DNA of 40,007 nucleotides from a bacterium (GTDB taxonomy: Bacteria; Patescibacteriota; Minisyncoccia; Phycocordibacterales; UBA9973), in NCBI GenBank assembly GCA_037130655.1, contig JBAXSP010000005.1, forward strand, positions 1 to 40,007, given 5' to 3'. Below, piece by piece: positions 26,867-36,262 of this stretch. A model generated the notes under the pieces. The model searched no databases and was not told where the DNA came from. It saw only the letters and a list, made by a program, of their open reading frames with translations. Numbering within the stretch: the first letter of the stretch is position 1; every line of letters begins with the position of its first letter. The position numbers were made by a program, and so were the translations under genes.

Positions 26867-26922
26867 TTTATTAAGTTTTAATTCCTCACACAATTTACTC
26901 TTTTTTTTATTTTTTGTCAAAA
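26864..26922 (-). repeat. Duplicated promoter/leader, copy 2
   Basis: Same 24-bp core; TTGACA-17 bp-TAAATT. Confidence 0.85.
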
Positions 26923-26994
26923 ATATCTTTTTTAAAAATTGCTCTATTGTTTTTAATTTGTTATAAAAACCAAGGAATATAATGATCAAAATAA

Positions 26995-27303
26995 ATGGAA
27001 CAAAAAGTTTTTGCCGTCCGAGAACAAGACCCTCATTGGGTATTTGAACTCTCAACCACCGAAGTTTGTAGTTGTTGTGATGCAAGAAAAATCACCAGCG
27101 GACTCTATGTACACATTAGAGGAAAAGTAGGCATCCCTTGTTGTAAAGATTGCTATAACACTGCGGACGGATTCGATGAATGGTTTGCTAAATGTGAAAG
27201 TATGCGTACAGATATTCCAAAACAATTTGACTGGTTTTTTGAAATGTATTTCAAAGGTTACAAACCAGAACAAGCCATTGATGATCTTCGTCTTGTCGTA
27301 TAA
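26995..27303 (+). CDS. Small Cys-rich hypothetical protein, possible zinc finger
   Basis: CSCC and CCKDC motifs; ends at the bidirectional hairpin 27304-27325; divergent from 26866. Confidence 0.65.
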   Translation: MEQKVFAVREQDPHWVFELSTTEVCSCCDARKITSGLYVHIRGKVGIPCCKDCYNTADGFDEWFAKCESMRTDIPKQFDWFFEMYFKGYKPEQAIDDLRLVV

Positions 27304-27325
27304 AAAATCCCCTTTCGGGGATTTT
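27304..27325. terminator. Bidirectional terminator between the Cys-rich gene and metG
   Basis: AAAATCCCC-TTTC-GGGGATTTT. Confidence 0.8.
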
Positions 27326-27329
27326 CTTT

Positions 27330-28778
27330 TTATTCTTTCCGCAAAAACAACGGAATTTCTGGTTTTTGATTTGCTTTAATCAAAGCAATCATTTTTTCTG
27401 AAGTCTCAGGCAGTAGTGGTGCGAGTGAGCAAGCGATGTGTGACAAGCGAAGCAATGCATATCTCAAGTCTTCTTTGGCTTTCTCTGGATTAGTTTTGAT
27501 TGTCTTAAACGGTTCAGTCTCTTGGATAAATTTGTCGAGTGCATTTATTTCTCCCCAAATAATATCCATTACTTTTCCATTTTCAAACTGTTCGTATGCT
27601 TTTTCGATTTCACCATTTTGTAATGGTTGAAATGTGATGTGATCAATTTCTATTCCGTATGTCGCTGACATGTTGAGTAATCGTGAAGTCAGATTCCCCA
27701 AACCATTTGCCAAATTTGCATTGTAGGCTTCTTTGAACTTATCCATTGTCATATCACCGTCTTCAAAGGTCGACATTTCTCGAAGTAGATAATATCGCAA
27801 TGCGTCGGTACTGTATTCACCTATCACATCAAATGGAGAAATAACATTGCCGATAGATTTCGACATTTTTTGCCCACCTGAATTAATGAATCCATTGATC
27901 ACAATTTGTGATGTATTTGGAATACCACATGCCATAAGCATTGCTTGCCACATTGCTGACTGTTGACGCAAATTATCTTTGCCACAATATTGCACTGTTT
28001 CGCCGTTTACCCAAAATTGCTCAAATAGATCTTGTTGTTTTGGCCAGCTAAGTGTCGAGATATAGTTGGTCAACGCATCAAACCAGACATACATCACTTG
28101 TGAATCATCTTTTGGTACTGGTACACCCCAAGACATTTTTTCTTTCAAACGTGAAATAGAAAAATCTTCGAGTCCACGCTCTACAAAACTTTTGATTTCA
28201 TTGAATCGCCCTACTGGTTGTACGAAGTGTGGGTTGTCTGTATAAAACTTCAAAAGTTTTTCACCAAATGCAGAGAATTTGAAGAAATAATTTTCTTCGT
28301 CAATCAATTCAATTTTCTTACCTGGATGAATTGGGCATTCACCATTCTCATCAAGCTCACTCTCAGTCTTTTCGAGTTCGCAACCGACACAGTATTTTGT
28401 TTGATATGTTTTTTTGTAAATATATCCATTCTCATCACACATATTCCAGAGTGCCTGTGCCGCAACAATATGATCTTCGTCTGTTGTGCGAATAAAATGA
28501 ATATCTGAAGTGATATTGAGCACCGGAAGCAACGCTCGGAACTTTGCAGAATTTTCATCACAAAAATCTTGCACTTCCTTCCCTTCTGCTTGTGCTCGGT
28601 CAAAAATCTTTTGTCCATGCTCATCAGTGCCGGTATTGAAAAACACTTCATACCCAAGAGTTTTTTTGTAACGCGCAACTACATCAGCACGCACAATTTC
28701 CATCGCAAATCCAACATGTGGTTCACTGTTGATATATGGAAGCGTTGTTGTTATGTAAAAATGGTTAGTTTGATTCAT
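27330..28778 (-). CDS. metG: Methionine--tRNA ligase, short form without C-terminal tRNA-binding domain; start trimmed to MNQTN
   Basis: YITTTLPYINSEPHVG, TGTDEHGQKI, YVWFDAL and KMSKS motifs. Confidence 0.97.
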   Translation of the reverse strand: MNQTNHFYITTTLPYINSEPHVGFAMEIVRADVVARYKKTLGYEVFFNTGTDEHGQKIFDRAQAEGKEVQDFCDENSAKFRALLPVLNITSDIHFIRTTDEDHIVAAQALWNMCDENGYIYKKTYQTKYCVGCELEKTESELDENGECPIHPGKKIELIDEENYFFKFSAFGEKLLKFYTDNPHFVQPVGRFNEIKSFVERGLEDFSISRLKEKMSWGVPVPKDDSQVMYVWFDALTNYISTLSWPKQQDLFEQFWVNGETVQYCGKDNLRQQSAMWQAMLMACGIPNTSQIVINGFINSGGQKMSKSIGNVISPFDVIGEYSTDALRYYLLREMSTFEDGDMTMDKFKEAYNANLANGLGNLTSRLLNMSATYGIEIDHITFQPLQNGEIEKAYEQFENGKVMDIIWGEINALDKFIQETEPFKTIKTNPEKAKEDLRYALLRLSHIACSLAPLLPETSEKMIALIKANQKPEIPLFLRKE

Positions 28779-29847
28779 GAATAATAGGGACTTTTCTGTT
28801 ATTGGCAATATCGTCGAGAATTTCAATGACAAACACAGCACAAGGAACTGCGAGTAATACACCGAAGAAACCAATAAGATTGTATCCGATCAAAGCTGAA
28901 ATAATAACGACAATTGGAGAAACGCCGACAACTTTTTTGACCAACAGTGGAGCAATCAAATAATTTTCAATTTGCTGAATAACGATATACAAGACAAGTA
29001 CAATCAATGACGTAGAAACGCCACTATTCATTGCAGTAAGTAGTACCGCAGGAATTGTTGCAAAGATCATTCCAAAAGGAACAAGCTCAAAGATAGCAGC
29101 AATCAATGCAAGCAAGAGCGAGTATTCAACTCCCATGATTTGCAATCCTGCAAATACGAGAATCCCAACAATCAATCCGAGCAACAGTTGTCCTTGTACC
29201 CAGAGTGCAATTTTGCGTTCTATTCTTTCCCATAGACCAACAACATATTTTTCATGTTTTTCTGGTGTAACAAATCGCAAGAAACTTTCAACTCCGCGTT
29301 GTTGCATTGAAAGATAGAAAGAAATAACAAGAATAATAATGAAGTGAAGAAATCCGTTGAAAAATGCTGAGAGTGAAGAGAAGAGCGTTGTTGAGAGGTG
29401 TGTCAAAAATGCCCGTGAACCAGACACCACTTCCCCGATTGAAGCATTTGAGCCGATACCTTCAGCAAATTTTTGCGCACCAACAGCAAAACCTTTACTT
29501 TGAAATGGTTGCAACCAAGAAACCGTCGGCAATGCTCGGGCAAGTTGTGCTCCAAGTGTTGTAATCTGATCAAAGAAAATTGGAATAATGAAGTACAACA
29601 ATCCCCCAATAGCAAAAAGTAATCCGAAAAACACCACTGACACAACGATTGGACGAGGAATTCGATATTTGCGTTTTAGTTTTTCAGCTACTACTTCCAC
29701 AAAAGAAGCGAGGACAATAGCAACCAATAGCGTAATAAGTACATCTTTGACCAAAATTACCCCGACAATACCGAGAACAATAAGCACTGTTCTAATAATT
29801 GAAGAATTTGATATAGATATCGTTGTGTGTTTTTCACTCATATACAT
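28765..29847 (-). CDS. AI-2E (PerM-like) family transporter
   Basis: About 8 TM helices; ELVPF.G, QQIENYLIAP and GFFGVLLAVP motifs. Confidence 0.88.
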   Translation of the reverse strand: MYMSEKHTTISISNSSIIRTVLIVLGIVGVILVKDVLITLLVAIVLASFVEVVAEKLKRKYRIPRPIVVSVVFFGLLFAIGGLLYFIIPIFFDQITTLGAQLARALPTVSWLQPFQSKGFAVGAQKFAEGIGSNASIGEVVSGSRAFLTHLSTTLFSSLSAFFNGFLHFIIILVISFYLSMQQRGVESFLRFVTPEKHEKYVVGLWERIERKIALWVQGQLLLGLIVGILVFAGLQIMGVEYSLLLALIAAIFELVPFGMIFATIPAVLLTAMNSGVSTSLIVLVLYIVIQQIENYLIAPLLVKKVVGVSPIVVIISALIGYNLIGFFGVLLAVPCAVFVIEILDDIANNRKVPIIHESN

Positions 29848-31128
29848 CTATCGTACACCAAGAGCGCTTATTGTGGAAGCGAGTTTCTTTGTATCACAAG
29901 TAGGACCGACGACCGCAAACACTGCTCGTTCTTTGACCAAATATTTTCCTGCTACACGAACCAAGTCTTTTTCGGTAACTGCTTGTATTTTTTTGATTTT
30001 TTCTTCCGGTGTTTCAACGATACCGAGAATGAGTGCTTGTGGGCCAAAAAATCCAGCAACAGCATCTGAAGATTCCAATCCCATTTTGATATTTCCAATC
30101 ATATGCTGTTTTACCTTTTTCAACTCTTCATTTCCTACACCATTTTTTGCGACATCATTACAAAGCAATACTATTTTTTCTACCACCTCATTCAACCTCG
30201 CTGTTGTAACTCCAGCTGGTATGCAAAACAACCCTCGATCACTTTCGGAATCATGGAATGCGTATACGTAATACGCCACACCCAATTCTTCACGGAGCAA
30301 ATTGAACAATCGTGAACTCATTCCGCTTCCGAGTATCGCACCGAGTACTGCGAGCACAGTCGCATCTTTGTGACCTTTTGGTACTGTATCAAATGCAAGC
30401 ACAGTGTGCGTTTGATCTGTTTTCTTTTCGAAACTAACTACTTGTGGAAATGCTGTATCATTTTTGAACTTCGGTTTTTTGATTACCTTCCCTTCAGTAA
30501 GGGTTGCAAAATATTTCTTTGCTTCAGTAAGCATTTCTTTTTCTGTAATTCCTCCAGCGATGACGATGGTTGTTTTCGCAGGAACATAATGTGTTTGGTG
30601 ATATGTTGCAAAATCATCACGGGTAAACTTCAATACATTTTCTTTGGTTCCGCCGATTGTTCGTCCTGCAAAATGCTCACCATACATTCCTTCTGCCAAG
30701 ATGTGCCACACTTTGCGCTCAGGCATATCTTCGTACATATTGAGTTCTTCGACGATTACTCCTTTCTCTTTTTCAATTTCAGTTTCTGGAAACGTTGAAT
30801 TGAGATACACGTCGGCAATCACTGCAAATGCTTTCTTCCACAATTTTGCATCAACCTTGGTGTAATAGTTTGTGATTTCTCGATCAGTGTACGCATTGTA
30901 TTGTGCGCCGAGTCCATCAAGTTCGGTTGAAATGATTTTTGAAGAAGGACGATTGGTTGTCCCTTTGAAACACATATGCTCCAAAAAGTGTGAGAGTCCG
31001 TTATTGTCCTTGGTTTCAAAGTCAGCCCCAGCATTGACCATGACCATCGAGGTGACGGTCGGATTCCCTTTCATTGGTGCTGTCACAATTTTCAAACCAT
31101 TTTTCAGTCGGTGTATTTTTGATTTCAT
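29848..31128 (-). CDS. M16 (pitrilysin) family zinc peptidase
   Basis: Inverted zinc motif HFLEH; NAYT, EKEKGVIVEE and SSRLF..LRE..G..Y motifs. Confidence 0.93.
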   Translation of the reverse strand: MKSKIHRLKNGLKIVTAPMKGNPTVTSMVMVNAGADFETKDNNGLSHFLEHMCFKGTTNRPSSKIISTELDGLGAQYNAYTDREITNYYTKVDAKLWKKAFAVIADVYLNSTFPETEIEKEKGVIVEELNMYEDMPERKVWHILAEGMYGEHFAGRTIGGTKENVLKFTRDDFATYHQTHYVPAKTTIVIAGGITEKEMLTEAKKYFATLTEGKVIKKPKFKNDTAFPQVVSFEKKTDQTHTVLAFDTVPKGHKDATVLAVLGAILGSGMSSRLFNLLREELGVAYYVYAFHDSESDRGLFCIPAGVTTARLNEVVEKIVLLCNDVAKNGVGNEELKKVKQHMIGNIKMGLESSDAVAGFFGPQALILGIVETPEEKIKKIQAVTEKDLVRVAGKYLVKERAVFAVVGPTCDTKKLASTISALGVR

Positions 31129-31163
31129 AGAGACATTCTAACATAGATGACGGTAGGTAAAAC

Positions 31164-31192
31164 TTTACAAATAAATACTGAAAAGATACATT
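31164..31192 (+). promoter_or_regulatory. Putative promoter of the IMPase-family gene
   Basis: TTTACA-17 bp-TACATT, 8 nt before the ATG. Confidence 0.55.
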
Positions 31193-31200
31193 GAATATAT

Positions 31201-32124
31201 ATGAAGAAAAACACTGCACCATTTATCCCTATCAACCCTCACCAACTTGCAGTCTTTTTCAAAGACACAACACATAGAGTTTTGATGGAAATTCGCAGAG
31301 GACGAGCGCATTTTACTGCATATGAAAAAGAAAGTGATTACAAATCTGATATAGATTTTTTTACTGACGTAGACAAAAAATGCCAACAAATTTGGTTGAA
31401 ACATTGCAAAGAACAATATCCATTTATTGGAATTATTGCTGAGGAAGAAGATTTGCGTATCCCCTGTTCAACAAAAGCAGACGCTGAATATTTCTTCACC
31501 ATTGATCCGCTCGATGGAACAAAAGCTTTTATGCGAGGACAATCTGAAGGATTCAGTACAATGATTTCATTAATTCGAAAATCAAAAAATAAAAAGAATG
31601 CTCCGTATGAAATAATTGGTGCGTGCATCGGAGACGTAATGACACAAGAAATATATTATTATCGAATGTCATCAAAAAAAACACATCGACTTGAACCTGA
31701 CCAATTGGTTCGTGAATTACATCCAAGCACCGTCTCACTCAAAGAACAATACATTCTTTTGCGCGATGACCCTCGAACTCTTTCAGAAATAGCGCAACAG
31801 CTTACCTTTCCAGAAACTGGTGCATTCAAAAACATCGAAGTGGCCGGCGGAAGTATTGGGACAAACACAGCCAAGCTATGGAAAGGACAATGTGGCGCAT
31901 ATATTTTAAACAATACTTATGACACACCGTGGGATTGGAATCCTGTAGCAGGTATTTCAAAACGACTTGGTTTCAAAATGTTTGAAATTATAAAAAATGG
32001 TTTAGGAAAAGAAATTCCGCTTGATGGAATTATCGAAAAAACCAAACGTGAGAATGAACGAATTATTGTTCACGAAAGCCACGTCAAAGAATTGCAAAAG
32101 TATTTCAAAAAATTTAATAAATAA
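31201..32124 (+). CDS. Inositol monophosphatase/FIG superfamily phosphatase
   Basis: IIAEE, FTIDPLDGTKAF, GS.G and WD motifs. Confidence 0.85.
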   Translation: MKKNTAPFIPINPHQLAVFFKDTTHRVLMEIRRGRAHFTAYEKESDYKSDIDFFTDVDKKCQQIWLKHCKEQYPFIGIIAEEEDLRIPCSTKADAEYFFTIDPLDGTKAFMRGQSEGFSTMISLIRKSKNKKNAPYEIIGACIGDVMTQEIYYYRMSSKKTHRLEPDQLVRELHPSTVSLKEQYILLRDDPRTLSEIAQQLTFPETGAFKNIEVAGGSIGTNTAKLWKGQCGAYILNNTYDTPWDWNPVAGISKRLGFKMFEIIKNGLGKEIPLDGIIEKTKRENERIIVHESHVKELQKYFKKFNK

Positions 32125-32148
32125 AAAAATCCCTTTGGGGATTTTTTT
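32123..32148. terminator. Bidirectional terminator between the IMPase gene and glyQS
   Basis: AAAAAAATCCC-TTTG-GGGATTTTTTT. Confidence 0.8.
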
Positions 32149-32152
32149 TATT

Positions 32153-33469
32153 TTATGCTTCAAGCGAATCTCGCAAGAATTGCTCAACTTCATCTTTGTG
32201 CATTCGGACCTGTGTTCCAGAATCGCGGTCACGGACTGTAATGGTTCCATCTTCCAATGTATCAAAGTCTACAACAATACAATATGGTGTTCCGATTTCA
32301 TCTTGTCTTCGGTACCGCTTTCCAATATTTCCATTGTCATCCCAAGCGATTGTTCCAAAAGCTTGTTTGAGTGTTGCATAGATTGCATTGGCTTCGTGGA
32401 CGAGTTCTTCTTTGTTTTTCAACAGCGGTGATACACACGCAAGGTTCGGGGCAATACTTGGTTTGAATTTCAAGAAACTTCTCACTTCCCCATCATTCTC
32501 AACTTCAGTATATGCAGAAGTCAAAAGCGCAAGTACGGTACGATCAAGACCAAATGATGGTTCGATAACGTGCGGAATGAATCGTTCTTTGGTCTCTTCA
32601 TCAAAATATTCGAGTGATGCCCCACTTACTTCTTGATGTACACCCAAATCATAACTTCCGCGATATGCGAGTCCGTACAATTCTTTTCTTCCAAACGGAA
32701 AATCAAATTCGAAATCAACGGTGCGTTTTGAGTAGTGAGCCAAATCTGCTCCTTCGACTTCGAGTTCATGCACACGAGCACTATCGATACCAATACTATT
32801 CATCCATTCAACCATTTCATCTTTCCAATAATTGAATTCTGCTTCCCACAGTTCTGGTCGAATAAAATATTCGATTTCCATTTGTTCAAATTCTCGAACA
32901 CGGAAAATAAAATCGCGCGGAGTAATTTCATTACGAAAAGCTTTTCCGATTTGTGCCATACCAAATGGCAATTTTGGATGCATTGAATCCATAATGTTTT
33001 TGAAGTTCACAAACATTCCTTGTGCTGTTTCTGGACGCAAATACGCAATCGCAGAAGAATCTTCAACGGCACCGATTTTTGTTTGAAACATCATGTTGAA
33101 CTGTCGCTCTTCACCAAATGCCCCACCACATTCTGGACAAGCATTTCTGTCTTCTAATTGATCAGCACGAAAACGGCGTTTACATTTTGTACATTCTACA
33201 AGTGGATCAGAGAATCCACCGACATGCCCTGATGTTTCCCAGACTTTGCCGTTCATCAAAATGGCTGCGTCCACCTCGAACATATCTTTGCGAGTTTTCA
33301 CAAATTTCTTTTTCCACGAGTTTTTGATGTTGTCTTTGAGAGCAACACCAAAATGACCATAATCAAATGCTCCTGCAAGTCCGCCATAAATATCAGAACC
33401 TGGGTAGATAAATCCTCGGCGCTTTGCCAAAGAAACGATTTTTTCCATCAATTGTGCGTCTTTTTCCAT
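32153..33469 (-). CDS. glyQS: Glycine--tRNA ligase, homodimeric (eukaryote/archaea-like) type
   Basis: LRPETAQGMF, FRNEITPR, REFEQMEIEYF, PHVIEPSFG and IGKRYRRQDEIGTP motifs. Confidence 0.97.
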   Translation of the reverse strand: MEKDAQLMEKIVSLAKRRGFIYPGSDIYGGLAGAFDYGHFGVALKDNIKNSWKKKFVKTRKDMFEVDAAILMNGKVWETSGHVGGFSDPLVECTKCKRRFRADQLEDRNACPECGGAFGEERQFNMMFQTKIGAVEDSSAIAYLRPETAQGMFVNFKNIMDSMHPKLPFGMAQIGKAFRNEITPRDFIFRVREFEQMEIEYFIRPELWEAEFNYWKDEMVEWMNSIGIDSARVHELEVEGADLAHYSKRTVDFEFDFPFGRKELYGLAYRGSYDLGVHQEVSGASLEYFDEETKERFIPHVIEPSFGLDRTVLALLTSAYTEVENDGEVRSFLKFKPSIAPNLACVSPLLKNKEELVHEANAIYATLKQAFGTIAWDDNGNIGKRYRRQDEIGTPYCIVVDFDTLEDGTITVRDRDSGTQVRMHKDEVEQFLRDSLEA

Positions 33470-33502
33470 ACACTTAATATATCAGATATTGAGATAATTC
33501 TA

Positions 33503-33551
33503 AAATAAGAAAAGCGGTCGGAGGCTTCGCCTCCGACCGCTTTTCTTATTT
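33503..33551 (-). terminator. Perfect 23-bp triloop palindrome
   Basis: AAATAAGAAAAGCGGTCGGAGGC-TTC-GCCTCCGACCGCTTTTCTTATTT. Confidence 0.8.
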
Positions 33552-33584
33552 ACTTTATAACTTTTAACTTTATAAACCTTATAA
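33552..33584. repeat. ACTTTATA-type short repeats between the hairpin and a stop codon
   Basis: ACTTTATA ACTTTTA ACTTTATAA ACCTTATA A. Confidence 0.75.
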
Positions 33585-35465
33585 CTATTTCGTCACCAGT
33601 CCATCCCCTGAACCCGCAACCTCAGAAGATTTATATCCTTTGAGTGTTGAACGGATATCATTTCCAGAGAAACTATCGGTCGCAGTAACGGTTGTTGAAT
33701 TCAAGAGAGCTACATCCTCTCCTACTTGATTGTTTGCTGGAATAATTTTGATTTTGAAACTTACTTTTCGGACCAGTCCTGCGCCAAGTTTTTTGACTGC
33801 ACCAACTTTCCAAATTACTTCTTTGTTCAAATCATTATATGAAATATCTTCATCGTTTTTATTGACCACATCCCCCCACTTGATACCCGTTGGTAATGTT
33901 GTTCGCACAATTGCATTTGATACCGGATCAGTTGAATTTGAAATTGACCAAGTCACTGTATAAGTTGTTTCTTTGCCCATTGCTGGCGGAATAACTCCTG
34001 TGTCATTGGTGCCATGTACAATATTTCCGTTTACAGAAAAATCACTACCGAACTTGATGGTCTTCTTGTCGATACTGGTTAATTCTTCATTTTGATACCC
34101 ATCACCTGTTTGCAATCCTTTACTATTTACGACGATTGAAATTTCAGGACTAACCGACGAACCAGACGAAGACATTGTTTTTGTGGTGAAGCTAAATGGC
34201 AATGCGCCACTTGCACCTGTTTCTATTTGTGAAAAAGCTGGATATGTATCACGATTCCATGTAATGGTATTTGTTCGTGCATCATAATATCCACCATCTA
34301 CTTGCAATGTCCCTTCATCAAACGCTTGGCCGATGATTGTTGTACTGATTTCAGCATTCGCAATGCTACTTGGTGAATTATTTGACCAAACAACAGTACC
34401 GTTGACAGTAGATCCACCAGAAACTACATAGGTATCTTTGTTTCCTCCAGTCATTTCAAAATGGGCATCAAGAAATGGTTTCTGCAAAGTGACAGCGTGT
34501 GGCAATGAATTGTATGTCACCCCAACAGTCGATTGATCATCTTGTTTTTGTTCTCCGGCATAAATACGAAATACTTTTTCTTCACCTTGTTCACCAGAGA
34601 GTGTTCCTGAAATACGAATTTCTTTTGAAACACCGGTTTTCATATCACCCAAATCAAAGACATTGTCCCCAAGCATTGGTTGTACGTTTGCATTTTCAAA
34701 TGAAAATCCTGGCGGATAATCAACACGAAGAATCATATTTTGCGCAATATTTTCACCATTTAAGACTGTCTTGATAGTGAAAGAATAATGCTGATTTGCA
34801 CTGGTTGTTGTTGGTCCGTCAACTGCAAGCGATAGCGGTGAAGCGGAAAGTGTCACTGAGTAGTCGATTGTCTTTGAAAAAATTGCGTTTGATCCAGGGA
34901 TTTTGTATTCGAGTGTCATTTTCATTTGTTTGACTGAACCTTGTTCACCATAGAGTACGACATCAAATGCATGATGTTTTGTTTCTCCTGCGCCGATAGT
35001 CCCAAAACTTTCTCGAATACGAACACGATCTTCGACTTGATTACTGGTGCTCCCTTTTGGATATTCTAAGATAAGGTCAGCGAGTTCAATTGCAGAATTA
35101 TTTCTATTGGTAGCCAATGCTTCAAGGGTCAGCTTGTTGCCACCCGGAGTGAATGCATTTCCCAAAATTTCTAGATCAATATTTTTGTTTGAAACCGTAT
35201 TTCCTCCACGAAATGTCATCACCGCAAAAAAACCCATAGCAATCAAAAAGAATACTATTGCGGTTATAAAAAATTTTTTAAAAAAAGAATTCTTTTTCAT
35301 CATACGTGTGCCTGTATCAAATGCAGGTTTGACTGCGTCCCAAGTTTTTGGAGCTTTGTGCATAATATCGTGAAGCACTGATTTCTTTGACTCAGTCAGA
35401 CTATCGGTATCACGATTCATGTAGAGTTTGCGTTTCAATTCTTCAAGACGATTTGATTCTTCCAT
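33585..35465 (-). CDS. Single-pass membrane protein with a large beta-rich extracellular region, function unknown
   Basis: One TM helix (FFITAIVFFLIAMGFFAVM) then Ig-like segments (YTVTWSISN, LPTGIKW). Confidence 0.8.
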   Translation of the reverse strand: MEESNRLEELKRKLYMNRDTDSLTESKKSVLHDIMHKAPKTWDAVKPAFDTGTRMMKKNSFFKKFFITAIVFFLIAMGFFAVMTFRGGNTVSNKNIDLEILGNAFTPGGNKLTLEALATNRNNSAIELADLILEYPKGSTSNQVEDRVRIRESFGTIGAGETKHHAFDVVLYGEQGSVKQMKMTLEYKIPGSNAIFSKTIDYSVTLSASPLSLAVDGPTTTSANQHYSFTIKTVLNGENIAQNMILRVDYPPGFSFENANVQPMLGDNVFDLGDMKTGVSKEIRISGTLSGEQGEEKVFRIYAGEQKQDDQSTVGVTYNSLPHAVTLQKPFLDAHFEMTGGNKDTYVVSGGSTVNGTVVWSNNSPSSIANAEISTTIIGQAFDEGTLQVDGGYYDARTNTITWNRDTYPAFSQIETGASGALPFSFTTKTMSSSGSSVSPEISIVVNSKGLQTGDGYQNEELTSIDKKTIKFGSDFSVNGNIVHGTNDTGVIPPAMGKETTYTVTWSISNSTDPVSNAIVRTTLPTGIKWGDVVNKNDEDISYNDLNKEVIWKVGAVKKLGAGLVRKVSFKIKIIPANNQVGEDVALLNSTTVTATDSFSGNDIRSTLKGYKSSEVAGSGDGLVTK

Positions 35466-35482
35466 ATAGAAAGTATATCAAA

Positions 35483-35587
35483 TAATGATCAATTACCAAT
35501 GACTGATGACCAATAAAAGTGCGCGAAGGCTTCGCCTTCGCGCACTTTTTCGAATACTAATCATTGATCATTAGACACTAGTCATTA
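35483..35587. repeat. Composite element: heptamer arm, 16-bp triloop palindrome (35515-35549), inverted heptamer arm
   Basis: TAATGAT CAATTAC CAATGAC TGATGAC | AAAAGTGCGCGAAGGC-TTC-GCCTTCGCGCACTTTT | TAATCAT TGATCAT TAGACAC TAGTCAT. Confidence 0.85.
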
Positions 35588-36160
35588 TTACAGCTGTGTC
35601 TGCCCGAGTGACATATTGATACGCTCAACATATTCTTCTCGTTTCAATTGTGCAATCACTTGTTCCATCTGGTCGATATGTAAATCAAGCAAGTTCTTAT
35701 CTGATTCTTCATGATCCCAATACCCAAGAATGTGCAATAGGCGCACAATCAAAATGATTTCATATTCCCGAAACAAAGAACTGTATACAGTTTTATCTAA
35801 TTGCTCTACCGCAAGTACATCACCAAACAATTGTTCATGCGTTCCTTCTCCTTGAATCAATCTCCTGATAAGTCTGAGCCACTTCCCAATCATTTTATTC
35901 CACGAGACATCTTCAGAGAAAACTTTTCCAATAGTCGAAACACTGCCAATCCGCCAAAATTCTTTTCCACGAATTAAATCCACCTTGATAACCGAACCTT
36001 CCTGCAGTGCGTAGCGCTGACGTGATTGCAGTCGTCGCGTTCCTTGAGCGGTTGCAATAATCAAACCAAAATCTTCCGTATACAATTCATACAGACGATT
36101 GGCTTCCCCAATATTGCCGTAACCAAGTACGACAGCTTTGGTGTGATAAATGTGGTACAT
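35588..36160 (-). CDS. recO: DNA repair protein RecO (short)
   Basis: TKAVVLG...GEANRLYELYTEDFGLI.A.AQG.R OB-fold pattern; LLHILGY. Confidence 0.8.
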   Translation of the reverse strand: MYHIYHTKAVVLGYGNIGEANRLYELYTEDFGLIIATAQGTRRLQSRQRYALQEGSVIKVDLIRGKEFWRIGSVSTIGKVFSEDVSWNKMIGKWLRLIRRLIQGEGTHEQLFGDVLAVEQLDKTVYSSLFREYEIILIVRLLHILGYWDHEESDKNLLDLHIDQMEQVIAQLKREEYVERINMSLGQTQL

Positions 36161-36202
36161 ATAATACGGCTATTTTCCCATACATATAACGGTTTTTATC
36201 TA

Positions 36203-36232
36203 TTGACATATAGATAATTAATGTGATATAAT
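36203..36232 (+). promoter_or_regulatory. Consensus sigma70 promoter
   Basis: TTGACA-18 bp-TATAAT with TG extended -10. Confidence 0.75.
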
Positions 36233-36262
36233 ATTGGCAGGTAAAAAAACAAGCCAGCTCTT

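Noticed and set aside
26867-27085. N-terminal extension of the 278-aa ORF; also the upstream starts given for rplF, rpsS, the NHL gene, plsC, metG and 25835
   Set aside because: These extensions run through promoters or neighbouring genes; downstream ATGs fit conserved N-termini or leaders.
29588-30271. 227-aa plus-strand ORF and other antisense ORFs over conserved genes
   Set aside because: Shadow frames of the AI-2E, M16, r-protein and EF genes, with no motifs.
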